A stretch of DNA of 64,000 bases, from the NCBI GenBank assembly GCA_937889575.1, contig CALBYZ010000020.1, forward strand, positions 51 through 64,050, read 5' to 3'. Position 1 is the stretch's first letter, and the number at the start of each line of letters is the position of its first letter. Shown here piece by piece: positions 1 through 9,011 of the stretch. The stretch comes from an uncultured Desulfovibrio sp. GTDB taxonomy: Bacteria > Desulfobacterota > Desulfovibrionia > Desulfovibrionales > Desulfovibrionaceae. The notes under the pieces are model-generated. The model saw only the letters and a program-made list of their open reading frames with translations, had not been told where the DNA came from and did no database searches. The position numbers and the translations under genes were made by a program.

Positions 1-1
1 G

Positions 2-247
2 GTGCGCTGGCTCAACATGACGGCCATCGAGAACGTGTTCGTGGCCGGCGATGCGCTGACCGGCCCAAGCAAGATCGGCAAGGCCATCTATTCCGGCCTG
101 CGCGCCGCGCGCTCGCTCGGCAACTGGCTGGAGCTCAAGGCCGAGAACCGCCAGACGGAATTTGCCGGCGACGAACTCATCAGCCGCGAGGCCGACCGTT
201 TCCCCGGCGGCCCCTTCAAGGACGCGCCCCGGGTGCGCGGCCTGTAG
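2..247 (+). CDS. C-terminal part of FAD/NAD(P)-dependent oxidoreductase (GltD/NfnB-like); truncated by window edge
   Basis: VFVAGDALTGPSKIGKAIYSGLRAA matches the C-terminal FAD-binding GD motif of pyridine nucleotide-disulfide oxidoreductases; followed by a ferredoxin-like gene. Confidence 0.7.
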   Translation: MRWLNMTAIENVFVAGDALTGPSKIGKAIYSGLRAARSLGNWLELKAENRQTEFAGDELISREADRFPGGPFKDAPRVRGL

Positions 248-271
248 CAGGCGTAAGGAAAAGAGGCCGCC

Positions 272-814
272 ATGGAGAACCTGGAAAAGCAAAAGACGCT
301 TTGCATCGATTATTCCAAATGCATCGGCTGCGAGACGTGCGAGTATGTGTGCCGGTTCGTGCACGACGTGCCGCGCATCCACATGATCCGCGCCGCCTCG
401 GGGCTCATGGCCCCGCTGTATTGCCGCCATTGCGAGCAGCCCAACTGCGCCAAGGTCTGCAAGCGCGGGGCGATCCGCCGCGATGTGGACGGGGCCATGG
501 TGCTTCTGCCCATGCTCTGCCGCGGCTGCGAATCGCGCCAGTGCATGCTCGCCTGCCCGTACATGGCCATTTTCGAGACCGACAAGGGAGTCATGATCGT
601 CAAGTGCGACCTGTGCGCCGCGAGAAGACAGATGGGCCAGGAGCCGGCCTGCGTGGCCATGTGCCCGTGCGGGGCCATCCATTACGTTAAGCGCGAGGCC
701 GTGCCGGCCCTGGCCGACGCCGCGTTTGCCGCTGCCGAAAAGCGCGTGCTCGACTGCCTGCGTCCGGCCAAAAGCGGCCCGGAAACCACCGGAGGCGACG
801 CCGAAAAGCCTTGA
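272..814 (+). CDS. 4Fe-4S dicluster electron-transfer protein (HydN/CooF/DmsB-like)
   Basis: CIGCETCEYVC, CRHCEQPNCAKVC, CRGCESRQCMLACP, KCDLC...PACVAMCP; GAGG RBS. Confidence 0.9.
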   Translation: MENLEKQKTLCIDYSKCIGCETCEYVCRFVHDVPRIHMIRAASGLMAPLYCRHCEQPNCAKVCKRGAIRRDVDGAMVLLPMLCRGCESRQCMLACPYMAIFETDKGVMIVKCDLCAARRQMGQEPACVAMCPCGAIHYVKREAVPALADAAFAAAEKRVLDCLRPAKSGPETTGGDAEKP

Positions 815-913
815 CCCGGACGGAAAAGCGCGTCACCCAGGCCGTGCGGCGCGTTTCGCCGCCAAACGGCCGGACGGCGCGGCGCGCCCCCGCCGGCGAC
901 CCGGAGGACACGC

Positions 914-1528
914 ATGCAGACCCCCCAAGACGACACGACGGCCCTTGCCCAGGCCGAAGCCCTGCACCAGACCGCCCTGGAGGCCATGGAACGCAAGGAG
1001 CTGAACGCGGCCAGGGAGGGCTTCCTCAAGGCCCTGGACGCGTTCTCGGCCGGCGGCGACGCCGTGGGCCAGGCCATGACCCAGCACAACCTGGGACTAT
1101 GCGCCCAGGAATCCGGCGACCTCGTCGCGGCGAAGCAGTGGCTGGAGAAATCCCTGGCCATCAGCGAAAAAGAGGACCTGGACGGCGGCATGACCGTGAC
1201 CAGCCACCAGCTCGGCGTGGTGGCGCAGTTGGCCGAGGACTACGAGACGGCCAAATCCTGGTACGACAAGGCGCTTGCCCTTGAGGAAAAGCACGGCAAC
1301 ACCGTGGGCGAGGCCAAGACCACCCACCAGCTGGGCCTGACCGCCAATTTGCAGGGCGACCTCGAGGCGGCCAAGGTCTGGTACGCCCGCGCCATCGCGC
1401 TTTTCGAGCAGCTCGGCGACGAAGGGAACGCGGCCAAGACGAAGAAACTTCTGGATTACCTGACCGATTACGAGCGCCAGGGCAGCCACGAGGGCCACGC
1501 CGGCCCCTGCGCCCACGGCAAGCACTGA
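914..1528 (+). CDS. Tetratricopeptide repeat protein with His/Cys-rich C-terminal tail
   Basis: Repeated A..HQLG/HNLG...A..WY.KAL TPR units; GGAGG RBS; tail SHEGHAGPCAHGKH. Confidence 0.8.
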   Translation: MQTPQDDTTALAQAEALHQTALEAMERKELNAAREGFLKALDAFSAGGDAVGQAMTQHNLGLCAQESGDLVAAKQWLEKSLAISEKEDLDGGMTVTSHQLGVVAQLAEDYETAKSWYDKALALEEKHGNTVGEAKTTHQLGLTANLQGDLEAAKVWYARAIALFEQLGDEGNAAKTKKLLDYLTDYERQGSHEGHAGPCAHGKH

Positions 1529-1582
1529 TGCGGCGTTCTGTGAAAACATGTTGCTGTTTTTGCAGATAAAGTAGTTATTTCA

Positions 1583-1630
1583 GTGTGTTGTCCTCGAAAT
1601 CCGCAGGTGCGGATTCCGAGGACACGACAC
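1583..1630. repeat. 48-bp imperfect inverted repeat (20/23 arm identity, 2-nt loop)
   Basis: GTGTGTTGTCCTCGAAATCCGCA-GG-TGCGGATTCCGAGGACACGACAC. Confidence 0.8.
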
Positions 1631-1756
1631 GAGGCTTCGGGCGGCTGTCCTGGCCGCAATCCGGCCGCGCCACGGGCTCCATCGGAGCGGCGTACGCTTC
1701 GGGAGCGCCCGTGGCGCGGCCTTGCGCGCGCCGGCGGCATGGCGGCGGAAACGGGC

Positions 1757-2884
1757 ATGCTCCTTTACATCCACGTTCCCTTTTGCCGGGGCAAGTGCCG
1801 GTATTGCTCCTTCGTGTCCCGGCCCTTCGACATGGGCGAAGTCGAGGCCTACACCGCTTCGCTTTGCGCCGAGATGCGGCTTTGGGGCAAGAAGCTCGGC
1901 CGGCCGAAGCTGGAGACGATCTATTGCGGCGGCGGCACGCCGAGCCTGCTCCCTCCCTGGGCGCTCAACCGCATCATGCCCGAACTGCGCCGTCATTTCG
2001 ATTGCGACGCCACGGTCGAGTGGACCTTCGAGGCCAATCCCGACTCGGCCCTGGACGGGCAATACCTCAAGTCCCTCCAGAGGTACGGCGTCAACCGCCT
2101 GAGCCTTGGCGTGCAAAGCCTCGTCGACGCCGACCTGCGCTTCCTCGGGCGGCCTCACGACGCGGCGCAGGCCGTGGCCGCCTACACGCTGGCGCGGCAG
2201 GTCGGGTTTGCCAACATCAGCCTGGATTTCATCTGGGGACTGCCCGGCCAGCGCGAGGCCGCGTGGCTGGAGACGCTCAAGGCCGCGGTGCGCCTGCGCC
2301 CGGAGCACCTTTCCTGCTACGGCCTGACCGTGGAAGAGGGCACGCCATTGGCCGCGGACGTGGCCGCGGGCGGCGTGGAACTCCCCGCCGAAGCCGAGCA
2401 GGGGCGCATGTACGTGCGCGGGGCCGAGTTCCTGGAGGAGATGGGCTACCTGCAATACGAGGTGTCGAACTTCGCCCGTATGGGGTTCGTCAGCCGTCAC
2501 AACTCCGGCTACTGGGAAGGCAGGGACTACCTGGGCCTTGGCCCGGCCGCGGTCTCGACCCTGGCCGGCGTGCGCTTCGGCAATCCCGGCGACCTCAAGG
2601 AATGGATCGCGGGCGTGCGCGCGGGCAAGGTCGGCCAGGGCGGCGAGGTCTTAAGCGACGCCGACAAGGCGCGCGAAATGGTGATGCTCTCCCTGCGCAC
2701 GGCCAAGGGCCTGCGCCTGGCCGCCTACCGCAAACGCACGGGACGCGATTTCATCAAGGACAACGAGGGGCTCGTCACGGCGCTGCGCCAAAACGACCTC
2801 ATCCGCATAAGCGCCGGCCATCTGCGCCTGACCAAGAACGGCTTTCTCGTCAGCAACGTGATCCTCGAACGCCTGTCCTACTGA
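1757..2884 (+). CDS. hemW: Radical SAM heme chaperone HemW (HemN-like); alternative start 1739
   Basis: LYIHVPFCRGKCRYCSF (CxxxCxxC), GGGTPS, NRLSLGVQS, YEVSNFA, HNSGYW. Confidence 0.9.
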   Translation: MLLYIHVPFCRGKCRYCSFVSRPFDMGEVEAYTASLCAEMRLWGKKLGRPKLETIYCGGGTPSLLPPWALNRIMPELRRHFDCDATVEWTFEANPDSALDGQYLKSLQRYGVNRLSLGVQSLVDADLRFLGRPHDAAQAVAAYTLARQVGFANISLDFIWGLPGQREAAWLETLKAAVRLRPEHLSCYGLTVEEGTPLAADVAAGGVELPAEAEQGRMYVRGAEFLEEMGYLQYEVSNFARMGFVSRHNSGYWEGRDYLGLGPAAVSTLAGVRFGNPGDLKEWIAGVRAGKVGQGGEVLSDADKAREMVMLSLRTAKGLRLAAYRKRTGRDFIKDNEGLVTALRQNDLIRISAGHLRLTKNGFLVSNVILERLSY

Positions 2885-4248
2885 AGCCGGCCCGAGCTTG
2901 ACGGCTCGCGGTCGGCCAGGTCCCTGATCCGCCCTCTGCCGTCCATGAGCGCGGCCAGGCGGGCGGCTTCACGCTTGAACCGGGCGAGCTGCGCCGCCGG
3001 CAACGGATCGGCGGCCATTTGCGGATTGGCCAGGGCGTTGACCGGCGTGCCGTTTTCATAGATGCGAAAATCCAGGTGCGGCCCGGTGGCGTAGCCGGTC
3101 TGGCCCACGTAGCCGATGACCTGTCCCTGGTCCACGTGCGTTCCCTTGGCCAGGCTCTTGGCGAAGCGGCTCAAGTGGTTGTAGCGCGTGACCCAGGTCT
3201 TGCCGTGGCGCACGGTGACGTAGTTGCCGGCGGCGTGGTTGCGGCCGCGCTCGACCACCACGCCTGCGCCCACGCTCCAGACCGGCGTGCCGGTCGGCGC
3301 GGCGTAGTCCACGCCGTAGTGGGCCTTGCGCACCTTGAGGATGGGGTGCAGGCGCGAACCGGTGAAGCGCGAGGTGATGCGCAAAAAGGAGAGCGGCGCG
3401 CGCAGGAACATCTTGCGCAGCGGCCTGCCGTCGGCGTCGAAGTAGGCGGGCCTGCCCTTGGCGTCGAGCAGGGCGAAGCCTTCGTGCGTCCTGCCCTGGT
3501 TGACGAAGCGCGCGGCCAGCACCCTGCCCGTACCGATGTATTCCCCTTCCACGTAGCGCTTTTCGACAACGGCCCGGAAACTGTCGCCCGGTTGCACGTC
3601 GCTGCAGAAGTCGATGTCCGAGGCGAAGACGTCGGCCAGGGCCACCGCCGTTTCGGCGTCGCCGCCCGCGGCTTCGACGGCCTGGAACAGGCTCGAGTCG
3701 ACGGTGCCGGCCATGACTTCCCGGCGCACTTCGCATTGCTTCGTCTCGACCCGGGCGGCAAGTTCGCCGTCCGCGCCGTCGATGACCAGGGTCTCCGTGG
3801 GGCTGATGTCGTATTCGAAGGCCACGAATTCCCGGTCGCGCAGCGTCATGCGGTACGGCTGGCCGGACTGGATGTCCTCGAAGGCGAAATCGTCCGGCAC
3901 GGGCAGGGCGGCGAGGGTTCCGGCGTCCACGTAGCCGTCGAGGATGCCGCCGAGGGTCTGGCCGGGTTTGACCGCGTCGGAGAGGACTTCCACGGACGGG
4001 TCTTCGCTTGGCGTCTCCGTCACCTGTGCAAAAAGATTGGTCCGGGGCTCGCAGAGCCCCTCGGCCCAGGGCGGGCAGGCGGTATGGGGCAGGGCGGTCT
4101 GCTGCCTGGGGGTAAAGATGCCCGACAGCAGCAGGTATGCGCCGGCCACGCCGGCCAGCAGCAGGATGCCGGTGAGCGTGAGGGTGTTCTGACGACGTCC
4201 GGGGCGTACGATAATCCGGGCACTGCCTTTTCGTGCGAAAAACGGCAT
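2878..4248 (-). CDS. M23 family peptidoglycan DD-endopeptidase (MepM/Csd3-like) with N-terminal TM anchor
   Basis: RLHPILKVRKAHYGVDYAAPTGTPV, YNHLSRF, GYATGPHLDFR; hydrophobic N-terminal segment; alternative start 4260. Confidence 0.9.
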   Translation of the reverse strand: MPFFARKGSARIIVRPGRRQNTLTLTGILLLAGVAGAYLLLSGIFTPRQQTALPHTACPPWAEGLCEPRTNLFAQVTETPSEDPSVEVLSDAVKPGQTLGGILDGYVDAGTLAALPVPDDFAFEDIQSGQPYRMTLRDREFVAFEYDISPTETLVIDGADGELAARVETKQCEVRREVMAGTVDSSLFQAVEAAGGDAETAVALADVFASDIDFCSDVQPGDSFRAVVEKRYVEGEYIGTGRVLAARFVNQGRTHEGFALLDAKGRPAYFDADGRPLRKMFLRAPLSFLRITSRFTGSRLHPILKVRKAHYGVDYAAPTGTPVWSVGAGVVVERGRNHAAGNYVTVRHGKTWVTRYNHLSRFAKSLAKGTHVDQGQVIGYVGQTGYATGPHLDFRIYENGTPVNALANPQMAADPLPAAQLARFKREAARLAALMDGRGRIRDLADREPSSSGRLQ

Positions 4249-4782
4249 GGGTATCCTCATGGGCGACGGGATGCCGGGCGGCGTGGGGAACACCCTCCGG
4301 ACGTTGCGGGCGCTACGGCAGGGGCGCAACCGACGCGGCGCGCCCCCACGACCGGATCATGGGGGCGCGCGTTGCCGGACGGCGCTTGCGCCGTGTACGG
4401 ATCATGCCCGAGCGGCATGGCACGCTTTGTTAACCGGCAGGCAAAACATTTCATGAACGATTAGTCATGAACCGGGCGCGGCCAGCCTTTTTTTTCCGGC
4501 TTGTCGCCGAAAAACTTCACAAAAATTTTTTTGACGGTTTTATCCATGCGTATCCTTGACTCAGATAAATAAAAGAGAGGGAGAAAAGCTGATCCTGTTA
4601 AGGCTACCATCTCAAAATCTGAGGTCAAGTTGGGATGGATTTGTTGTGTTTTTACTGTATATTTGTATATTTTTAATATAATAGACTTGGGAAATGTCAT
4701 TTGCAAAAAAAATTGAATTCAATACTTATAAATACTGCGACTAGTATTTTGGTATAAATTTTTTTTCTGCAAAAGGACGGTA

Positions 4783-5469
4783 TTGATGCTTTGGGAAAAA
4801 ATGTCCGTGAATTGCGCCATTCTCCTGCGGTTCGATGCAACGGGGCTTGACAAACCCGGCAGCCCGGAAACCGTTCCCGGTCCGCGGGGGACGCAACGCA
4901 CCACGGGCCCTGCGCGTATACCGCCGTCCCGGGCGGGCCGGCTGTTTGCCGCTCTCGTCCTTGCCACACTCGCCGCCTGCTCGCGCGCGCCCGAGCCGGT
5001 CACGGGCTTCGGCGGCCTCGCCTTCGGCGCGCCGCGCCCGGCGGACTGCGCCGCCCTGGCCGTGCCGCTGCCCCAGTCCCTGGCCGGTTCCCTGGCCTAC
5101 TGCGCCAAGGACGGCGGGGTCGCGTTCGCCGGCGCGACGCTCGCGGATGTGTCGCTCGGGTTTTTCGAAGGCCGCTTTTTCGCCGCCTCCGCCGTCCTGG
5201 CCGATCCCGGACAGGCGGACGCCCTGGCAAAGCGCTTGACCGCAACCCATGGCCGGCCCTATTGCCGCGACAGGGACGCCGTCTGCCTCTGGCGCATGGG
5301 CGACGCGGACGCCGTGCTGGAAACGCCGCAGGCGGGGCCGCCACGGCTGCTCGTGCGCTCCCGCTCCCTGGCGGGGCAGGTCGCGGCGGCCGGCGGAGAG
5401 TCCGCCGCAGCGGCCATGCCCGCCCTCGGCGACGCGCCCGGGGCTGGCGACGCCACGCCCGCGCAGTAA
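4783..5469 (+). CDS. Hypothetical lipoprotein (start uncertain)
   Basis: LFAALVLATLAAC lipobox followed by a globular region; the lipobox lies about 65 codons after the first ATG. Confidence 0.55.
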   Translation: MMLWEKMSVNCAILLRFDATGLDKPGSPETVPGPRGTQRTTGPARIPPSRAGRLFAALVLATLAACSRAPEPVTGFGGLAFGAPRPADCAALAVPLPQSLAGSLAYCAKDGGVAFAGATLADVSLGFFEGRFFAASAVLADPGQADALAKRLTATHGRPYCRDRDAVCLWRMGDADAVLETPQAGPPRLLVRSRSLAGQVAAAGGESAAAAMPALGDAPGAGDATPAQ

Positions 5470-5516
5470 CCGACGGCCGTTTATGCCGGCCGTCGCCAAC
5501 CACGACGAAGGCTTGC

Positions 5517-6743
5517 ATGGATTTGCTTGGCAACGAGAAACGGCCCCTGGCCGAGCGCAGCCGTCCCACGGCGCTTGCCGAATTCGTCGGCCAGACCCAC
5601 GTAATTTCCCGCCTGACGAACATCCTGGCCGGCCCGCGCCTGCCGAGCCTGCTTTTTTTCGGCCCGCCGGGCTGCGGCAAGTCCACGCTGGCGCTGATTC
5701 TGGCGCGGGCCAAGGGGCGGCCCTACGTGCGCGTGAGCGCGCCCGAGGCCGGGCTCGCGGCGCTGCGCGACCTGATCAAGGGCAAGGAAATTCTCATCCT
5801 CGACGAACTGCACCGTTTTTCCAAGGCGCAGCAGGATTTCTTCCTGCCGCTGCTCGAAACCGGCGAGATCGTGCTTTTAGCCACCACCACGGAAAACCCG
5901 TCCTTTTCCGTGACGCGCCAGCTCCTGTCGCGGCTGCACGTCTTCCGGCTGCGGCCCCTGTCCCACGCCGAGCTCCTCATCCTCGCCGAACGCGGGGCCA
6001 AGGAGGCGGGCATGGACCTCGCCCCGGAAAGCCTGGAAGTGATGGCCATGCTCTCCTCGGGCGACGGCAGGACGCTTTTAAACCTCGTGGAATTCGCCGC
6101 CGCCCTGCCGGAGGCGATGCGCGCGCCCGAAGAACTCAAGAAACAGCTGCCCGAGGCCCTGGCCCGGGGCGACCGCGACGGCGACTCGCACTACGAGCTG
6201 GCCTCGGCCATGATCAAGTCCATCCGCGGCAGCGACCCGGACGCCGCGCTCTACTATCTGGCCTGTCTGCTGGAATCCGGCGAGGACCCGCGCTTTTGTT
6301 GCCGCCGGCTCATGATTTCGGCCTCGGAGGACGTGGGTCTGGCCGATCCCATGGCCCTGCCCCTGGCCGTGTCCGCGGCCGAGGCCGTGGAGAAGATCGG
6401 CATGCCCGAAGGGTTCATCCCCCTGGCGCAGACGGTCGTCTATCTGGCGCTGGCTCCCAAGAGCAACAGCAGCTACGCCGCCTATCTCGCCGCGAAAAAA
6501 GACATCATGCAGTCCGGGGTGAAGCCCGTGCCCCTGCACCTGCGCAACCCGTCCACGCGCCTGCAACGGGAGTGGGGCTTCGGCAAGGGCTACAAGTATC
6601 CCCATGCCTACCCCGACGCCTGGGTGGACCAGGAGTACATGCCCGAGGAACTGGCCGGCCGGCAGTATTACACGGCCAAGGACCAGGGCCTGGAGCCGCG
6701 CCTGGCCGCCAGGCTGGCCCGGCTGCGCAAGGGACGGTCCTGA
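5517..6743 (+). CDS. rarA: Replication-associated recombination protein A (RarA/MgsA AAA+ ATPase)
   Basis: PLAERSRP, GPPGCGKST, LDELHRFSKAQQD, ATTENPSF, IKSIRGSDPDAALYY, PLHLRNP, GYKYPH. Confidence 0.95.
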   Translation: MDLLGNEKRPLAERSRPTALAEFVGQTHVISRLTNILAGPRLPSLLFFGPPGCGKSTLALILARAKGRPYVRVSAPEAGLAALRDLIKGKEILILDELHRFSKAQQDFFLPLLETGEIVLLATTTENPSFSVTRQLLSRLHVFRLRPLSHAELLILAERGAKEAGMDLAPESLEVMAMLSSGDGRTLLNLVEFAAALPEAMRAPEELKKQLPEALARGDRDGDSHYELASAMIKSIRGSDPDAALYYLACLLESGEDPRFCCRRLMISASEDVGLADPMALPLAVSAAEAVEKIGMPEGFIPLAQTVVYLALAPKSNSSYAAYLAAKKDIMQSGVKPVPLHLRNPSTRLQREWGFGKGYKYPHAYPDAWVDQEYMPEELAGRQYYTAKDQGLEPRLAARLARLRKGRS

Positions 6744-7059
6744 TCCGCCCCGGGCGGGAATTTTGACCGCTGCCGGAGTCCTGCCGGGTCAAAAGGATAC
6801 GCCAGCCCGGATGGGCCGCGCCGGGCTCTTGCGCGTCCCGCGCTGACGGAAGGCCTTGCGAGGCCGGACAAAAGTCGCCAGCGCCCGGCCTTGCCGGGGT
6901 GTTGCAAAAAAGCTACTTTTTCCGGCGCGGTCCGGCACGACGCCGGCCGCCCTGTTCGGAAAGTGTCCCGGCGCGCCGCGCCGCCCGCCTTTCCCCACAC
7001 GGCCCGGCGCCGGACGCGTCACGCTTCCGGCCGTGGCCCATACCCGGACGCGTGACGCC

Positions 7060-7953
7060 ATGAACGACCCCCGCTTCGAGGCCTTTTTCACCGGACCCGC
7101 CCGGGAATACCTGATCCGGGCCATCGACCTCGCCCTGGAGGAGGACGGGCCGGACCTCACCTCCCAGGCCGTTTTCGCCCCGGACGACCGGCTTGCCGCG
7201 CGCATCGTGGCCAAGCAGGATTCCCTCGTGGCCGGGCTGCCCATCCTGCCGCTGGTGCTTGAGCGCATGGGCGACGCCGCGCGCTGCGAGGTCGCCTTTT
7301 CCGCCGCAGACGGCGACGCCGTGGCGGATCGTACGGTCGTTGCCGCCATCACCGGTCCGGCCGTGACGCTGCTGAAGGCCGAACGGGTCATGCTCAATTT
7401 CCTCTGCCATCTCTCCGGCATCGCCAACCGGGTCCGTCAGGCCACAGCCGCCCTCGGCGGCGGCAGAACCCGGCTGCTCGACACGCGCAAGACCCTTCCC
7501 GGGCTGCGCTATCCCGAGAAATATGCGGTCCTCGTCGGCGGCGGCGTCAACCACCGCAAGAACCTGGCGGAAATGCTCATGTTCAAGGACAACCACATCG
7601 ACCGGGCCGGCGGCATCCCGCAGGCCATGGCCGCCTTGCGCAAGGCCTACCAGGGAAGAATGGACAAGATGCCGCCCGTGGAAATCGAATGCCGCACCCT
7701 GGAGGAGGTCGGACAGGCCGTGGCCGAGCGGCCGGCACGGATCATGCTCGACAATATGGACATGGAGACCATGCGCAAGGCGCTTTCCATGGTGCCGCAG
7801 GGCATCGAGACGGAGGTCAGCGGCGGGGTGGACCTCGCGGCCCTTGCCTCCATTGCGACCCTGGGCGCGGATTTCGTGTCCGTGGGGCGCATCACCCATT
7901 CCGCGCCGAGCGCCGATTTCAGCATGCTGCTCAAGGAGACCACAGCCCCATGA
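7060..7953 (+). CDS. nadC: Nicotinate-nucleotide diphosphorylase (carboxylating)
   Basis: ALEEDGPDLT, AERVMLNFL.HLSGIA, LDTRKTLPGLR, GGGVNHR, FKDNHI, IMLDNM, EVSGG. Confidence 0.95.
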   Translation: MNDPRFEAFFTGPAREYLIRAIDLALEEDGPDLTSQAVFAPDDRLAARIVAKQDSLVAGLPILPLVLERMGDAARCEVAFSAADGDAVADRTVVAAITGPAVTLLKAERVMLNFLCHLSGIANRVRQATAALGGGRTRLLDTRKTLPGLRYPEKYAVLVGGGVNHRKNLAEMLMFKDNHIDRAGGIPQAMAALRKAYQGRMDKMPPVEIECRTLEEVGQAVAERPARIMLDNMDMETMRKALSMVPQGIETEVSGGVDLAALASIATLGADFVSVGRITHSAPSADFSMLLKETTAP

Positions 7954-8987
7954 ACGACGCATCCGTCACGCAGCGCATCACGGACCTTCGCCGCGCCCGC
8001 GGCGAGTCCCTGGCCATCCTCGCGCACCACTACCAGCGCGACGCCGTGGTCGCCCACGCCGACATCCTGGGCGACTCCCTGGAGCTTTCCCGCAAGGTGG
8101 CCGGGCTTTCGGCCCGGGACATCGTTTTTTGCGGCGTGTTCTTCATGGCCGAGACCGCGGCCATGCTGGCAGGTCCCGGGCAGCGGGTGCACATCCCCGC
8201 GCCGGACGCCGCCTGCGTCATGTCCGAGATGGCCCCGGCCGCCCTCGTCGAAAGGGTGCTGACGCGCCTTGCCGCGGCCGGGCGCGACGTGTTGCCGCTG
8301 ACCTACGTCAACTCCTCCGCCGCGGTCAAAGCCGTGGTCGGGGCGCGGGGCGGGTCGGTATGCACCTCGGCCAACGCCGGCAAGATGCTCGAATGGGCGC
8401 TCGACCAGGGGCGCGGCGTGCTCTTTCTACCCGACAAGATGCTCGGGCAAAACACCTGCAACGCCCTGGGCGTTCCCGTGGAAAAACGCTGCATCCTCGA
8501 CGTGCGCGGCGGCGGGGAGCGCCTGGACCTCGCGGCCGCAGCTTCGGCCGAAGTGCTTTTCTGGCCCGGGCAGTGCGTCATCCATGCGCGTTTCAAGGCC
8601 CGCGACATCGCGGCCGTGCGCGCCGCGCACCCGGGCGTCAAGGTGGTGGTCCACCCCGAATGCGCCCCCGAGACCGTGCAGGCCGCGGACGCCGCCGGCT
8701 CCACCTCGTTCATCATCAAATACGTGGCCGAAGCCCCGGCCGGGGCCGAGATCGTCATCGGCACGGAAATCAACCTCGTTTCACGGCTCGCCCGGCGCTA
8801 CCAGGGCGAAAAGACCATCCGTCCGCTTTGCGTGTCCGGCTGTTCCAACATGGCCAAGGGCACGGAAGAGAACCTGCTGGCCCTGCTCGAGACTCTGGAC
8901 ACCGCCGCGCCCGTGACCGTGCCCGAGGACGTGCGTGGACCGGCCACGGCGGCGGTGGCCAAGATGCTTGAAGTTTCGGCCCGATAG
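7950..8987 (+). CDS. nadA: Quinolinate synthase
   Basis: ILAHHYQ, VFCGVFFMAETA, YVNSSA, CTSANA, VVHPEC, GTEINL; ATGA overlap with nadC. Confidence 0.95.
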   Translation: MNDASVTQRITDLRRARGESLAILAHHYQRDAVVAHADILGDSLELSRKVAGLSARDIVFCGVFFMAETAAMLAGPGQRVHIPAPDAACVMSEMAPAALVERVLTRLAAAGRDVLPLTYVNSSAAVKAVVGARGGSVCTSANAGKMLEWALDQGRGVLFLPDKMLGQNTCNALGVPVEKRCILDVRGGGERLDLAAAASAEVLFWPGQCVIHARFKARDIAAVRAAHPGVKVVVHPECAPETVQAADAAGSTSFIIKYVAEAPAGAEIVIGTEINLVSRLARRYQGEKTIRPLCVSGCSNMAKGTEENLLALLETLDTAAPVTVPEDVRGPATAAVAKMLEVSAR

Positions 8988-9011
8988 GCGGCCGGAAAGG
9001 GAGAACGCGCG

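Noticed and set aside
3060-3085. M23 motif reads HLD rather than HxH
   Set aside because: As I recall, GPHLDF/Y is a common natural variant in this subfamily; not evidence of novelty or inactivation
4416-4433. TGGCACG sigma54 -24 element
   Set aside because: No TTGC at -12 (reads GTTA), and it points away from the nearest gene start
4655-4682. CTGTATAT.. resembling a LexA box, or TGTATATT resembling a dif core; TTATCCAT near 4540 resembling a DnaA box
   Set aside because: Only half-sites or core words match; no closing CAG, no XerC/D arms, no DnaA-box cluster
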